A stretch of DNA of 62,924 nt, filler included, from Licmophora abbreviata (taxonomy: Eukaryota), in NCBI GenBank assembly GCA_900291995.1. It is 13 parts of 13 records of this genome, joined end to end, with 100 filler letters (N's around TTAATTAATTAA, not from the genome) between each part and the next. Parts side by side here need not be neighbours in the genome. Positions count along the whole stretch, not along the records: positions 7,048 to 12,353 come from OLMU01003464.1; positions 12,454 to 16,593 come from OLMU01003465.1; positions 16,694 to 21,485 come from OLMU01003467.1; positions 21,586 to 23,553 come from OLMU01003468.1; 9 more parts are not named here. One strand, 5' to 3'. The notes beneath the pieces are model-generated. The model searched no databases. It was not told the DNA's origin and was given only the letters and a program-made list of their open reading frames with translations. Shown here one piece after another: positions 11,159 through 23,319 of the stretch; position 1 is the first letter of the stretch, and every line of letters begins with the position of its first letter. A program made the position numbers and the translations under genes.

Positions 11159-14100
11159 TTAATTGCTACTGCCGTCAGAACTCGACCTCGATGAGTCGGA
11201 ATCTCCAACTTCATCTTCCTTGTCTTTCTCCCTGTTGTCGTTTTCAATCATTGTTTCATCAGCGACACTCTCGTCGTCATCGGAAGAGTCGCTCTCCCCA
11301 ATAGTGACAACTTCGTCATCATCGTCGACAGTCGCTGCTTGCTTGCTACGTCCCACTATGGCCGTTCCTCCGACTTGAACGCGACCGTCGACTTGCTTGG
11401 GTGGTAGTACCAGCCTACGTGTGGATTCCCATTCGGCGTATGCCTTGGAATCAGTTTGTGTATCGGTGTCTAGGCTGCCCATTGAAAAGAGCGCAAAGTC
11501 CAGCAGGAAGGTATTCGCGTGTAGTCTGTCCAATCTGTCGAAATGACGTTCAGCGTAAGGGGTAATACCAGCGAGGATTTCAGGGATGCCGTCGGTCGTG
11601 GCCAATGTATGGGCCGGAATAGATGTCACGACTGCTTGCACAACCAACATGGCAATATGACAGTTGCGCGCTCTTGTGTTCCAGTCTCGACAATATCGAA
11701 GAATCTGCGTCGTGCGCGTAGCGGGCCAGCCCTTGACATGTCGTTGAAGTGTCTCGAGACCGCTTTGGCCCTTTTGCACATCAGTCTCCACAATTGAGTT
11801 CAGAACCTGTACATTACGAGGAAAAGACTCGTTAGGTCTTATCGACGGGTTCAATAGGCAAATATCACGAGTTGATGAGTTACAACACATACCTTCAGCG
11901 CCTGAAACGGCTTCTCGAGCTCGAGGGCGATCTCGAGTGCCTGCTCGAACTCCTTATGACGCAAGTGGTTAGCTAGCCTTTGCTCCATTAGTATGTTCCC
12001 TTCTTCCGTTTCACGCTTGGTGTCTTCCTCTTGTTGTGTCGTGTCGTTCCATACTACAATGCGAGAATCGGCACCCCCGCTAACAAGAGTCTCACCATCG
12101 GGTAACATGTCGAGAGCCCAAACCTTGTCGCTATGACTGTCCAGGGTTGCCTCGCATTCGTTCGTTCGAATCGTCCATAACTTCACCAAGCCATCCGCAC
12201 CCGCCGATAAGAGCTGCAGTCCAACACTTAGGAATCGCACCCGCAATGCGCTCGCGGCGTGCCCCTGGAAAGTGCGTACGCAGCTATAATCACCCAATGA
12301 CCAAAGCTTGACAGTACGATCGCCACTGGCTGTCGCCACCACTCGATCATACGNNNNNNNNNNNNNNNNNNNNNNNNNNNNNNNNNNNNNNNNNNNNTTA
12401 ATTAATTAANNNNNNNNNNNNNNNNNNNNNNNNNNNNNNNNNNNNNNNNNNNNAAAACTGACAGTCCCAAACTCCACGTCGGTGACCCGTCAGCGTGGCC
12501 TGAAGAGTGAGATCGGTTGAACGCCAAAGTTTCACAGTCTTGTCTTGTGATCCGGTTGCAACGAGCGAATCGTTGGGCGCAAGCGATACAATGTTAATAT
12601 CCTTCCGCGATGGAATAGGATCGGGCCAATGAGATGAGTCGTCGTCGATGCAAATGGGACAGGATCTCACAATTGCGTTTGCAACCTACCTTTTCGTGTG
12701 CGCGGGCACTAACAAATGCACGAAGCGCAATTTCCTTTCCTTCATCTAAAGTTCCAAGCGCATCAAGTTCGGAAGATCCTGGCAGGTTCCATCGCTTGAT
12801 AGTTCTATCCTTACTTGCGGTTATTGCGAAGGAACCACCGCCGTTGGTCGCCGCTCTGCCGGTGACGTCGTATCTGCCTAACTTTCGTGAAAGTGCATTT
12901 GAGCCGACCGCTTCAGTGTGTCCGGTCGCTATCGCGACGCAGCTGACCAGATGAGCGCCCACATGAATGGTTAATAGAGGCAATCTGGAGAAGCCGAATA
13001 CATGACATTGCACAATTTTCACTCACCGTTGACTGCCAAGGTGCCACAGTCGCATTGTATTGTCCTTTCCACAAGTCGCCAGGTATCGACCGCATGGGCT
13101 TACGTCGATACAAAGAACTGTGGCACTGTGTCCATCCAGAACGTCGCACGAGAACGTCTCCAGTTCGAATAGACGGACCTGAGCACTATTTGTTGCGACG
13201 GCAATGCGAGGGTTCGTCGAATCATTTTCAGATACGGATGGAATTACTTTCAAATCCAATATTTCGTCATTGTGCCCCACAATAGTACGCTCAGTCGATA
13301 ACGACGCTCGTTGATTGGTAATTGAAAGGGACAAGAAGGAAAGATTATGCGCGGCATCAGCGATAATGAGTTGCTGTCGAGCGACATCCGAGTGGCTCAG
13401 TGGCTCGCCGTTACCCGAATTCGATGAAAGACCCCGCGGAGCGAATAAAAGTTGCATGTAGCCACCTCTGTCCGCCCCAAAGGCTTCTGACGCATTCTGC
13501 TCATCAAGACAGTCAAAGCCCGAAACACAGGGCGAAGATTTCTGATATTGAGCGTTCCAGACGCGGACGACACCTTTGCTTCCAGCAGTGGCAACTCTGA
13601 GCTCTGATGTCGACGAAGGTAGGACCGTCATTCCCTCGACTTGCTCGTAGATGGGCAACGTATGAATGCGTTTGTACTTGATTTTAGATGCTTCTGACTT
13701 CTGTTTCTTTTTAGTCTTTGATGACACCTCTCGCACAATTTGCCATGTATTCAAGACCGCATCGCGGCCGGCCGACACAAACACGTCCTCCATGTGAGGA
13801 CACCATTCCATGCATGTCACTGCACTCACATGATCTCGCAGCACTACCAAGTTCTTTTCATCACGCAAGTCATGAACCACAATACTGCCATCGTCGCGGC
13901 CAATCGCAATCACTAGATGCGACGCATCATTTCTCCACGACAGACCTGTGACCGCGTGCATTCCACCTCCTCGATCCTCGCCATCACCGCCACCCCGCAT
14001 GGGACGAAAGACATGCGTCACATAAGCTCCCCGAACATCCCATATCCTCACTGTCCCATCGACAGAGGCAGTCGCCAGGAATACGTTCGACGTATGAAAC

Positions 14101-14651
14101 TCCATATGTGTAATGGGCAGCGAATGTCCCGAACGTCCCCATAGTTTCTGCACTGGAGCGGGCTGGGAAGCCTTCCAAGAAGACAGTGAGAGTGAATACT
14201 GTCTCAACAGCTGATTCCGACTGGCCGTAATGAGCATCTGGTCATTCCCAGATAAAGCGTAGCATGAAATGGCATCCGCGTCGATACCGTCCTCTTCGGT
14301 GTCTTCTTCATCGACCAGATCATTGACTACGCCATCATCTCCCATGCGGATCGTCCGAATCTTGATTCCTCGATGAGCATCTACAATAGCCAAATCACCG
14401 TCCACTGGTAGTAAGAGAAACGGGATAGGCTCGACTGTCTCAGAGTCCACAGTGTCACTGGATGGCAGGTAGATACCTGCTGTACGACAGTGCGACACCT
14501 TGCCGCCGGTGTACGTGGGAACATGGGCAGATTGGACAGACCAGGATTTCGACAGTCTGGTCGCTTGCAGGACCTTGGTTGTAGATTCCTGCTGCTTGTG
14601 AGCCTCTGGTGAGTCGATGGCGATGTCCATGCTTGAAACCTTTCCCACCAT
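11159..14651 (-). CDS. UTP13: U3 snoRNP WD40 protein Utp13/TBL3, multi-exon, spans a linker
   Basis: YTGG start, many WD repeats (GHNDEILD, VATNS, AHEKDIN, GHRRGVWDCQF) and a C-terminal Utp13 domain (WNTRARN...PYAERHFDRLDRL). Three probable introns at about 11.81-11.89, 12.60-12.69 and 12.96-13.03 kb. Confidence 0.93.
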
Positions 14652-14989
14652 CGCCAAGGTAAACGACGGCCTGCTACTCTATTTCATCATTTCGAGTCTC
14701 GACACAAAACAAGAATATCCGAACTAAATAGTTCGCGGCGCGCCAAAAATGGATGGCTGTACTCGTCAGTGAGTCACGCATTCCTCTTTCGCAAGTTTTC
14801 GAAATGACAAAATAGCATCCGGGACTCGACTACAAGGTTGTGCTGTCCAACATCATCCATGATGTGCTCATGTGATTTGCCGATTTGCCACCAGCCGCGA
14901 CGCGACACCGCAGTGGTGATCCTCATAGTCGAAAGCGAAACGCTGTGATGATTGGCGCCGGGTGTATACGCTACTAGTATTGATGACTC

Positions 14990-16174
14990 ATGGAAAATGA
15001 AGCGCTGGTGTGTTCAGGTGACTCGATCCCAAGGACGCCCGAAATTTCCAAACTCGACACTACTAGAAACGAAGGAAGTGCCGAGGACGAAGACGACGAG
15101 GATTATGAAGCAGATCAAGACCGGTTTGGCTCGTTTCTCGACTTACTAGAAGACGGTATCGACAGCGAAGATAAATGCGATGCCAAGGTCGATATCAATA
15201 CGTCTACCGTCGTTGTGGCCGCCGCTGATGACGATGACTTGAGTTCTGTCGTTGCTCGTCTGCGGCAACGGGCCGATACAAGTACCACGACCGACGATCA
15301 AGTGGCCAAAGTCTACAAAGAGAAAATTCACTTAGTCCAAGCCAATATGGGAAGCATGACTCAGTGTCGAGGAAAGAGGGGGGATCTACTTGGTGAAGCA
15401 GGTGCCGTCGACGCATTGCTACGAATGCTGCTGGAGGCTGTCGATCGAATGCCGGGTCCGACGGAAGATATTGCTGACGACGAAAATCTGGCAAGGGCCA
15501 CTGTGGAACTGGTAATAGCTTGCCTGGGCGCTGTGCGAGACTTGGCATGTGGTCTGGCGTTGAATCGAAGCGCTGTCCGGACCTTTCATGTCGACGAGAC
15601 CTCTGGACTGGGCCTGCTGGCGTCGTATCTCCAACTCTATCATGGGACCACCTGGGCTGCCATTTCCCGTCCTCTACACCTTCGACTGCTCACAAATGTG
15701 ATTGGGACGATGCGAAATGTGACACATTCAACGCCTGAAAACTGTTCGGGACTCCACGAGTGCGGCGTGTCCGACATGCTGATCTGGCGCTTGCTCCACG
15801 GCGAAAGAGGCGCATCCATCATGCCGGACATATCTTGCCCGTGGCGGGAAGCCTCCTTCCGAGCCTCTGGTACACTCATTAACATGGCTGAAAAGTGCCC
15901 TGAGTGTGCTACACTCTGTGGACGAAATGTATCCTTGATTCACTATCTTGTAGATGCCTGGGGTGGCTCCATCAAATCGAACCTCGTACACGTGGGATTG
16001 CTGGCTGTTCTCCGAGCGGCCCAGTGCGAGCTATCGGACGACATGTATGACGAATGTTGGGATAAGATCTTGCAAAACGAAAAAGAACGAAAACAGTATG
16101 CACAACGAGCGGAGAACGAACGCAAGGCAAGAGTCCAGAAGCGAGTCGATCGAGGTGACCCAGTCATTCTGTGA
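14990..16174 (+). CDS. Armadillo-repeat-like protein of unknown function
   Basis: 394-aa ORF with an acidic N-terminus and ARM-like helices (GAVDALLRML, LGAVRDLA, IGTMRNVT, ASGTLINMA). Confidence 0.65.
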   Translation: MENEALVCSGDSIPRTPEISKLDTTRNEGSAEDEDDEDYEADQDRFGSFLDLLEDGIDSEDKCDAKVDINTSTVVVAAADDDDLSSVVARLRQRADTSTTTDDQVAKVYKEKIHLVQANMGSMTQCRGKRGDLLGEAGAVDALLRMLLEAVDRMPGPTEDIADDENLARATVELVIACLGAVRDLACGLALNRSAVRTFHVDETSGLGLLASYLQLYHGTTWAAISRPLHLRLLTNVIGTMRNVTHSTPENCSGLHECGVSDMLIWRLLHGERGASIMPDISCPWREASFRASGTLINMAEKCPECATLCGRNVSLIHYLVDAWGGSIKSNLVHVGLLAVLRAAQCELSDDMYDECWDKILQNEKERKQYAQRAENERKARVQKRVDRGDPVIL

Positions 16175-16693
16175 ACAAGTAGGAAACTTTTTAAAATACA
16201 GTCAAGACTACTCGTCGATGCACTAGAGAGTACATTCTATTCTCATGATTCACAAACAGTTGTCACATCACTCCACAGTGTCACTGAATACTACCGGATC
16301 AAGCTGACCAAAACCATTGGATTTCGCCAATACATATCGCCCGGTAGGTCTGAGGGTGCAGTGGGTGAGCGATACTGTAACCATATAGCCTTTCTCTTGC
16401 CTATAACCGCCTACGCTGGCCTTTCCTTGTGACTTACACAGTCATTGTGGCCCTTCTTCCGTTAGGTATTGTCTACCAGATACCGACATGAGTACCTTAG
16501 ACTATATGCGAGGAGTTCGTTGTTTCCTTCCATCAACGGAGTGGCCAATCCCGCGATAAATTGAGAATGGCGCGGGGGATGATGCGATGACTGNNNNNNN
16601 NNNNNNNNNNNNNNNNNNNNNNNNNNNNNNNNNNNNNTTAATTAATTAANNNNNNNNNNNNNNNNNNNNNNNNNNNNNNNNNNNNNNNNNNNN

Positions 16694-17189
16694 CAATGGA
16701 GAGGTATCCCTCTCCGCCTACCATGAGGTAAACAAGATCCGGCTCTTCCGAATAACAAAATACGCGAGTGCAAGCGGGAGGTATGACAGTCTGCTCAACA
16801 ATGCGACAGAAGCGGTAGTGTTCGCTTCGAAGTTTCGCAATTTGGGAGAATGGGCCCACAACATGCGATTGGTACTACCGACAGAGTTAACGCCGGTCTG
16901 TTATGCAGGAACGTTTGTTGCTACAAGCCGTCAAATACATGAGCAAGGTGCGGAGTTATGGTCAAATCTGGAGCGGAGTTTGTCTCGGGGCGATAATATA
17001 GAGGAAGGCCACTATGCGGAGCGGATATGGGGAGGATTGCTGTCGAACCCCTTGACTGAAAATCAAGTCGCGTCGCTGCGGGAACACAGTGATGGCGTCC
17101 TGCTAAGAAGAGGGTCTGCGTGGGGAACGCTGAGCCTGACGAGAAAGGAAGGTGACGGTTCCCCCCCAGAAGGCAACTCCATACTATGA
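16694..17189 (+). CDS. C-terminal part of an uncharacterised protein (possibly DUF3431-like); 5' end lost in gap
   Basis: Frame open from the gap to TGA. Motif-like segments PVCYAGTF and LSRGDNIEEGHYAERIW. Confidence 0.55.
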
Positions 17190-17585
17190 CGAGTGTGAGC
17201 ATCTGTTCTTAATTGCTACGCAACATATACTCGTAACTCAGTCGTACGACTTTATTTCAATGGCCACAGTTCACAGTTCCCTACTCCGGAGTAGTTTATA
17301 GGCCGGCGTCATACGAGATCTGTGAGGTATCATATGTCTTGCGAGCTTTTTCCCTGAGACACGCGTTGCTATCACAGGTACCGGTAGGAATATACAAGTA
17401 GCAGGACAAAGGACCTCGTTTCTTGTATTACTCATATCAGAATTCATCTTAACTGTTCAACAATCATTGCAGTGATGACATGGCCACAGCACAGCCACTC
17501 CGCTCGTCTTCATCGCTCTTCATCAACGCCTCGTTGGTGCTGTTCTATTCTCCTCCTGCACCCGTTTTCGCATCAAAAGTTGCTC

Positions 17586-18680
17586 ATGTCGGACGTCCCT
17601 GAGAACGCCAATGTTGGCTGCGTTGGTCCTTCTTCAGAATCGGCAGGAAAAGCAAACGCTTGTGACGGCTGTCCCAATCAGGGCGCTTGTTCCTCGGGCG
17701 CCTTTAGCTCTCCCGAAGCCGTCGCCAAGGCCCAGCAAGAGGAAGTTGTCTTGAAGCAAGCACTGGATAATGTGTCTCATGTTGTGCTTGTCCTGTCAGG
17801 CAAGGGCGGTGTCGGAAAGTCGACCGTGGCGGCGCAATTGAGCCATGCGCTGGCGGCACGTGGATATGCCACGGGACTCCTCGATGTCGACTTGTGCGGC
17901 CCCAGCGCACCTCGCATGACGGGCGTCGCGGACAAGGGATCGGTCGTACATCGTTCTGGATCGGGAGCGTGGACTCCGGTCTATGCATCGCCCAACCTGG
18001 CCGTCATGTCTATTTCCTTTTTGCTGCAAGACTCGAACGCCGCTGTCGTCTGGCGAGGACCGCGAAAGAATGCGCTGATTCAACAGTTCTTGACGGAAAC
18101 AGATTGGACGGGGGACACAGGTGGATTGGATTATCTAATTGTGGACACGCCTCCTGGGACGAGCGACGAGCACATTTCTACCGTCAATTACTTGCAAAAG
18201 GCCGACGCCGTGAGCGGTGCTGTCGTCGTCACGACCCCGGAAGAAGTCAGCATGGCCGATGTGAGGAAGGAACTGAATTTCTGCCAAAAAACCAAGGTTC
18301 CAGTGTTGGGACTGGTAGAAAATATGGCGTCGTATCAAACCAAAGTTTCGGACATGAACTTTTTGAACAGTTCCGGACAAGATTTGACCGCCGACGTAGT
18401 GGCTACTTTGAAGGAAAAGTGCCCCGAAGTGTTGAACATGGTGGCATCGACAAATATCTTTCCAGCATATGGTACGGGGCCGAAGGGTATGGCGGAACAA
18501 TACGACATTAACTATTGGGGAACGTTGCCACTGGATTCGGACCTCTTGCGATGCTGCGAGGAGGGGCGCTCGTTTGTGGAAGCATACCCAAAGGCTCTCG
18601 CCGCAGAGGCTATCAATAGCTTTGTGGATCGTTTGGTTAAGGCACTTCCTGTCGACGAGGTTGATCCCATGCAGCAATGA
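17586..18680 (+). CDS. NBP35: Cytosolic Fe-S cluster scaffold ATPase Nbp35/NUBP1
   Basis: N-terminal C-x13-C-x2-C-x5-C motif, SGKGGVGKST, DVDLCGPS, WRGPRK, DTPPGTSDEH and VENM. Confidence 0.95.
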   Translation: MSDVPENANVGCVGPSSESAGKANACDGCPNQGACSSGAFSSPEAVAKAQQEEVVLKQALDNVSHVVLVLSGKGGVGKSTVAAQLSHALAARGYATGLLDVDLCGPSAPRMTGVADKGSVVHRSGSGAWTPVYASPNLAVMSISFLLQDSNAAVVWRGPRKNALIQQFLTETDWTGDTGGLDYLIVDTPPGTSDEHISTVNYLQKADAVSGAVVVTTPEEVSMADVRKELNFCQKTKVPVLGLVENMASYQTKVSDMNFLNSSGQDLTADVVATLKEKCPEVLNMVASTNIFPAYGTGPKGMAEQYDINYWGTLPLDSDLLRCCEEGRSFVEAYPKALAAEAINSFVDRLVKALPVDEVDPMQQ

Positions 18681-18892
18681 TGGAGTGGTGCAGCGTAACA
18701 TGAGGAACGTTTACTAGCATACGAATCGAGTACACTGCCTGTTGGATTGGTTAGCCTACAATTTTTAACTCGTGCATACCGGACTATTGTATTACGATAG
18801 AATGCCCTGATTGCAAAAGGGCTTTGGCGAATGAGCGTTTCCTCTCATTGCCGTTTGCCCCTATTCAGCTTGGTTGTGTTGATGTGATGGGC

Positions 18893-18898
18893 AAAAAA
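18893..18898 (-). terminator. RNA polymerase III T6 terminator
   Basis: Six T residues immediately 3' of the tRNA on the minus strand. Confidence 0.8.
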
Positions 18899-18970
18899 GG
18901 TCGCTTCCGAGAATTGAACTCGGGACCTCGTCCACCCTAAAGACGAATCATACCACTAGACCAAAGCGAC
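18899..18970 (-). tRNA. tRNA-Pro (anticodon AGG), intronless
   Basis: Acceptor stem GTCGCTT/AAGCGAC, A-box TGGTCTAGTGG, anticodon arm CGTCT-TTAGGGT-GGACG and T-arm CCGAG-TTCAATT-CTCGG; 72 nt. Confidence 0.95.
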
Positions 18971-19383
18971 TGGTGAGTTAGTGGCAATAAAAAAGATTAG
19001 TGTATATACCTCACAAAATGAAGAACCAAGTTGTCAAGCCCTCAAAACGCAACAGAAGGTTGAAGAGGACAGTAGTTAAAGACTGCCAATGCCATACTCT
19101 ATGACTGTAACTAGATCTAGATAGTCGTTTCGGGAGAAACAAATTCATCCGTTGGTCTACGTGAAACGTAACACTGCTCTGCCACAAGACATTGTGCCGA
19201 TTTGTGTAAAAAATGTATACGTCTGTCTGTCAGGCCGTTCCACGTGGTTTGATCAACCGGTACGAGGGGTGAAGTACGTCAGTTTTGCTCCACAGCCATC
19301 CAAATGTTTCTGATTCACATGGTCCTCTGGTCGCGTCGATAACACATCACAAACCAACACGTTCTTTGCTATATCCTCCCACC

Positions 19384-20750
19384 ATGTCGTCCTGCATAGC
19401 TACATTGCTCGTGCTGTTGTCCTTGTCGACTCGAGGCTTGGGCTTTGCACCGTCGTCTCATTTCGGTGTGATCCGCCAGACTTCGCTTTCGAGATTCGGA
19501 GCGCCGCTCTTGAGCGAAACGAATGATGTGTCAGAGGGAGCGGTTGACGGCGATGCAGTAGAAGAATCGGCAGAAAGCGGCCTGCCAGAAGTGGAGTTGT
19601 CTGATGACGCTGACGAAGAGGAGACCTCCGAGCCTAGCGTCCCCCGAGAGCGCTTCACCATGTTTGTCGGAAATGTTCCTTTCGGTACGTATCATGACAA
19701 TTTGTGGTTGCTTCTGACATTCACATGCAAAACTCATTGTATTCCTTCTGGCTTTTCACTTTTGAAGAAACGACGGACGGAGAGTTGCGTGACATGTTTT
19801 CCGAGTACGGAACAGTAGAGCTGGTCAGCGTTCCTCGGCATCGTGAGACTGGACTTGCCCGTGGTTTCGCCTTCATCGATATGGCCTCGCAGGAAGAAAT
19901 TTTCAAAGCGATTGATGGTCTGAACGGAATAATGGTTGGGGGCCGACCCATTCGCGTGGTCGAATCAAAACCGAAGGAGGAGAGAGGCCCGCCGCAGTCA
20001 GGTAAGATTCGTGTCGTGCTGCTGTAAGAATATGAGTTGATGCAAACCCCCACCGAAAATAGAATATCTCACGAAACCACCCATGTGTACGACACGTATA
20101 GACGACGGAAACCAAAAGATCTATGTTGGAAACATTCCGTTCGAGGCGACAAAGGAAGATTTGCTTGACTTCTACGCAGAGTACGGCGATGTCAAAGAGG
20201 TGTACATCCCCCTTGATGTGTCCACCGGGCAGCAGCGTGGGTTTGCTTTCGTCACAATGGGCGCAGAGGACGCGGAAAAGGCAATTGAGGAGTCGGATGG
20301 AACTGACTTCATGGGGCGTACCCTTTCTGTGAGCAAACCTCTACCAAGAGGAGAGAAAGCACCACAGCGTGCTAGTGGTGAGTCAGCGCAGGTATCGTTG
20401 TGTAATTGCTGTACTTTTCTTGAGACTTACACCAACAAATATTTGATTGCAACTCAGGACCTCCCCGCACGAAGATGTACGTCGGAAACTTGTCTTTCTA
20501 CACGGAGCTTGATACGGTGAAGTCTATGTTCGAGGAGTACGGTGACGTGATCGACTGCTACATGCCGGAGGACAGAGAAACTGGAGGCTCCCGGGGCTTT
20601 GCTTTCGTGACAATGGCCAAAGATGATGCCATGTCAGCGATCGATGAAACCGACGGATATGAGCTCGATGGCAGAATCATTCGCGTAAACGAGGCTCAGC
20701 CGAAGGGTCAACGTCAGCCGCCGTCGGACGAGGAAGGGGATGCATGGTAA
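19384..20750 (+). CDS. Plastid-targeted RNA-binding protein with three RRM domains (cpRNP-like)
   Basis: Signal peptide ending GLG|FAP, an acidic linker and three RNP2/RNP1 pairs (MFVGNV/RGFAFI, IYVGNI/RGFAFV, MYVGNL/RGFAFV). Introns 19685-19767, 20002-20101 and 20378-20457. Confidence 0.9.
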
Positions 20751-20867
20751 AGGACAGTGAGACGACCAAAGAGGTAGTGTAACAGCATAACGACACCCAG
20801 GGTCGATTTGTTATATGAGTACGTAGATCTAGGAGGCGAACATGATCTATCAGACATGCGGCAAGAG

Positions 20868-21697
20868 TCACAGCTTCCACTCGCATACCACTTCGGGCTC
20901 GCTTCCAAGAGGGCGTCCCTTTGAGGTGACACCAAAGATACGCGATGTCTCAGAGTCGGTACTTGCGAACTCATCGAGAAAGGCTGCTATGGCTTTCTCT
21001 GGATCCAAAGGAAGGAGCTGAACGTTGTCGCCAGGACGTAAAAAATCCACCCATTCACTTCTTTTGCCGTCATTCGAGTTACACTCGGTAGGACCGCCCT
21101 CTTCCTCCCACCGCAACCTTCCTTTGGTGTCATTGCTCGCATCGAAAAGAACGCCGGGAGCCTCCATCGATGCACCCGTACCGACCGACCTAGCCCAGTA
21201 GTAAGATCCGACGTGATGGTTGTTGAGACCAAGCACAAGATGCGCGGGAGAAATCCGATTGTCGTCAGCGAAATCCATCGCTCCACATAATCTTGGTGGT
21301 AGGTCGATTTCAGCGAGAAAGGTTGAGGTAGGCTCATCGTCTGAAGAAACCTCCTCACGTGATCGATCTACTCTGGAGTGCAGATAGAAAATTCCGTCCT
21401 CGGCATCCAAGTCGCTGAGCATCATCTCAGCACTTCTGTCTGCACCTCTCGAAGACGTCGGACCTTTGGCTCCAACAACAGAGGGNNNNNNNNNNNNNNN
21501 NNNNNNNNNNNNNNNNNNNNNNNNNNNNNTTAATTAATTAANNNNNNNNNNNNNNNNNNNNNNNNNNNNNNNNNNNNNNNNNNNNAGATACTTGGGATGC
21601 TTTCCGTTGATACAAGGCGCTGTAGAGCTTGAAGATCCAAAACCAATGACGGCGTCGGAAGATCGCTGAGCAGCAATGTCATACCATCGGTTGTCAT
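20868..21697 (-). CDS. Uncharacterised protein spanning a linker, with weak resemblance to fold-type III PLP enzymes (D-serine dehydratase/D-threonine aldolase)
   Basis: DLPTPSLVLD before the gap. After the gap the frame is open from 21485 to 20868 and includes LRPGDNVQLLP. Start codon uncertain. Confidence 0.45.
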
Positions 21698-22134
21698 TGG
21701 TTGGCGCACCAAACTTAGGAGGAACAGCATCCGGAATGCGTGGGCAGCGCCACGCGATCGCACACATGTCTCTCCATCCGCCATGTCAGCGAGGCGAGCC
21801 TTCCTAATACTCTTTTCATCACGTCAATGACGAAGACCCATTGATTCAGACACCATACAGATACCGGTGTTGCCTGGGACCGAGTCACAGTTTCAAGTTG
21901 CGAATTCAGCTTCGAAGATCTTCCTGCAAAGGATTTCCCGCCAAACTTCAACCGATGAGTCACTCTTGGATACACATATGCAGTACAAAAAGTGCGTAGG
22001 ATCCTACACCGCTGTGTTGGCGGGAAAATCGAATGAGTCGAAAGATACCACAACAGTGGCATCAGGGCAGCCAACATCTTGACAGTTTGTCTCACAATAT
22101 CACACCTTACAGAAGCAACCAACAGACATATACC

Positions 22135-23319
22135 ATGCCTTCACTAATCAAAACCTCCGCTCTATCCATAGTATGCCTTTCGGCAGGCAGTCAAGCCTTT
22201 GTGACGCCGTCGCGACCAGTGTCTGGCGCGCACTCCAAAGTAGCGTCCTTCGCGACAAGATCTTTCGCCTCAGCGCCACAATCTCTTCACATCTCATCCT
22301 CGTCCAGACTGTACATGTCTGGAAATAAAGACGTAGATGACGCTGAGATTGAGCGCCTCAAAGCCTTGGCAGCTGAGCTTCGAGCTGAAGCCGCCCAGCT
22401 CGAGGCAGAAAAAGCGCAAGAGCTGGCTGTTGCGGCAGAACGAGCCTTCCGCCAGTTTGATACAAACCAAGATGGCGAGATCAGTCTAGCCGAACTGAAG
22501 GGTGGTCTAGAAAAGAAATTGAAGACAGAGCTTACTGACTCCCGAGTCGCCGCTCTCATGAGTGAGTTCGATGCGTCTGGCACTGGAGCCCTTCAACTCG
22601 AGGAGTTTGTCACGGTCGACAAGTTTCGCAATCGGCTCGAGGCACTGGCACGGGAAGAAAAGAGACTCGCCCAAGAGGCGGTGCAGGAGGAGAAGAAGGC
22701 GAAAGAAGTTGCAGCCCTTTTGGAGGCACGAATGAACATTGTGAACGACAATGCTCCGACAAACTCTGAGAAGTTGCTCTCCGTTCTTCCATATTTGTTC
22801 CCTCTACTCGATGGACTTCAATTTGGACGATTCCTGCTGGAAGGACAAGACAATCCAGCCATCGCCGTTATTGCTGTGCTATACGGGCTTTATAGAAGTG
22901 TCCCATTCAGTGGATTCATCACTTTCATTGGCTTGAGTTTCCTCTCCAACAATCCTTCGATCAACCGCTTGATTCGGTTCAACATGCAACAAGCAATCTA
23001 CCTCGACATTGCTTTGTTCTTTCCAGGTCTTATTGCTTCTATCTACGCACTTATAATGTCAGGCTTGGGAGGCGGTATTCCTCCTGCAGTGACGGAGCTC
23101 GGGACCGATGCAATGTTTGTGACGCTCGTCGCAACGCTGGCATACGCCTCCATCAGTTCTCTGTTGGGCATTACACCTGACAAGATCCCGTTCATTTCCA
23201 ACGCCGCTTCAGATCGAATGCCAACGATCGACATGTTTGACGACGAGGGACGTTTCGTCCCCCGAGAATTACGCGGGGGAAAGGACGAAAAGAAGAAGGA
23301 CGACGACAAACAAGACTAA
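22135..23319 (+). CDS. TIC20: Plastid-targeted Tic20/Ycf60-family protein with an N-terminal EF-hand pair
   Basis: SQA|FVT presequence; EF loops DTNQDGEISLAE and DASGTGALQLEE; Tic20 motifs LPYLFPLLDG, IRFNMQQAIYLDI and PDKIPFIS. Confidence 0.88.
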   Translation: MPSLIKTSALSIVCLSAGSQAFVTPSRPVSGAHSKVASFATRSFASAPQSLHISSSSRLYMSGNKDVDDAEIERLKALAAELRAEAAQLEAEKAQELAVAAERAFRQFDTNQDGEISLAELKGGLEKKLKTELTDSRVAALMSEFDASGTGALQLEEFVTVDKFRNRLEALAREEKRLAQEAVQEEKKAKEVAALLEARMNIVNDNAPTNSEKLLSVLPYLFPLLDGLQFGRFLLEGQDNPAIAVIAVLYGLYRSVPFSGFITFIGLSFLSNNPSINRLIRFNMQQAIYLDIALFFPGLIASIYALIMSGLGGGIPPAVTELGTDAMFVTLVATLAYASISSLLGITPDKIPFISNAASDRMPTIDMFDDEGRFVPRELRGGKDEKKKDDDKQD

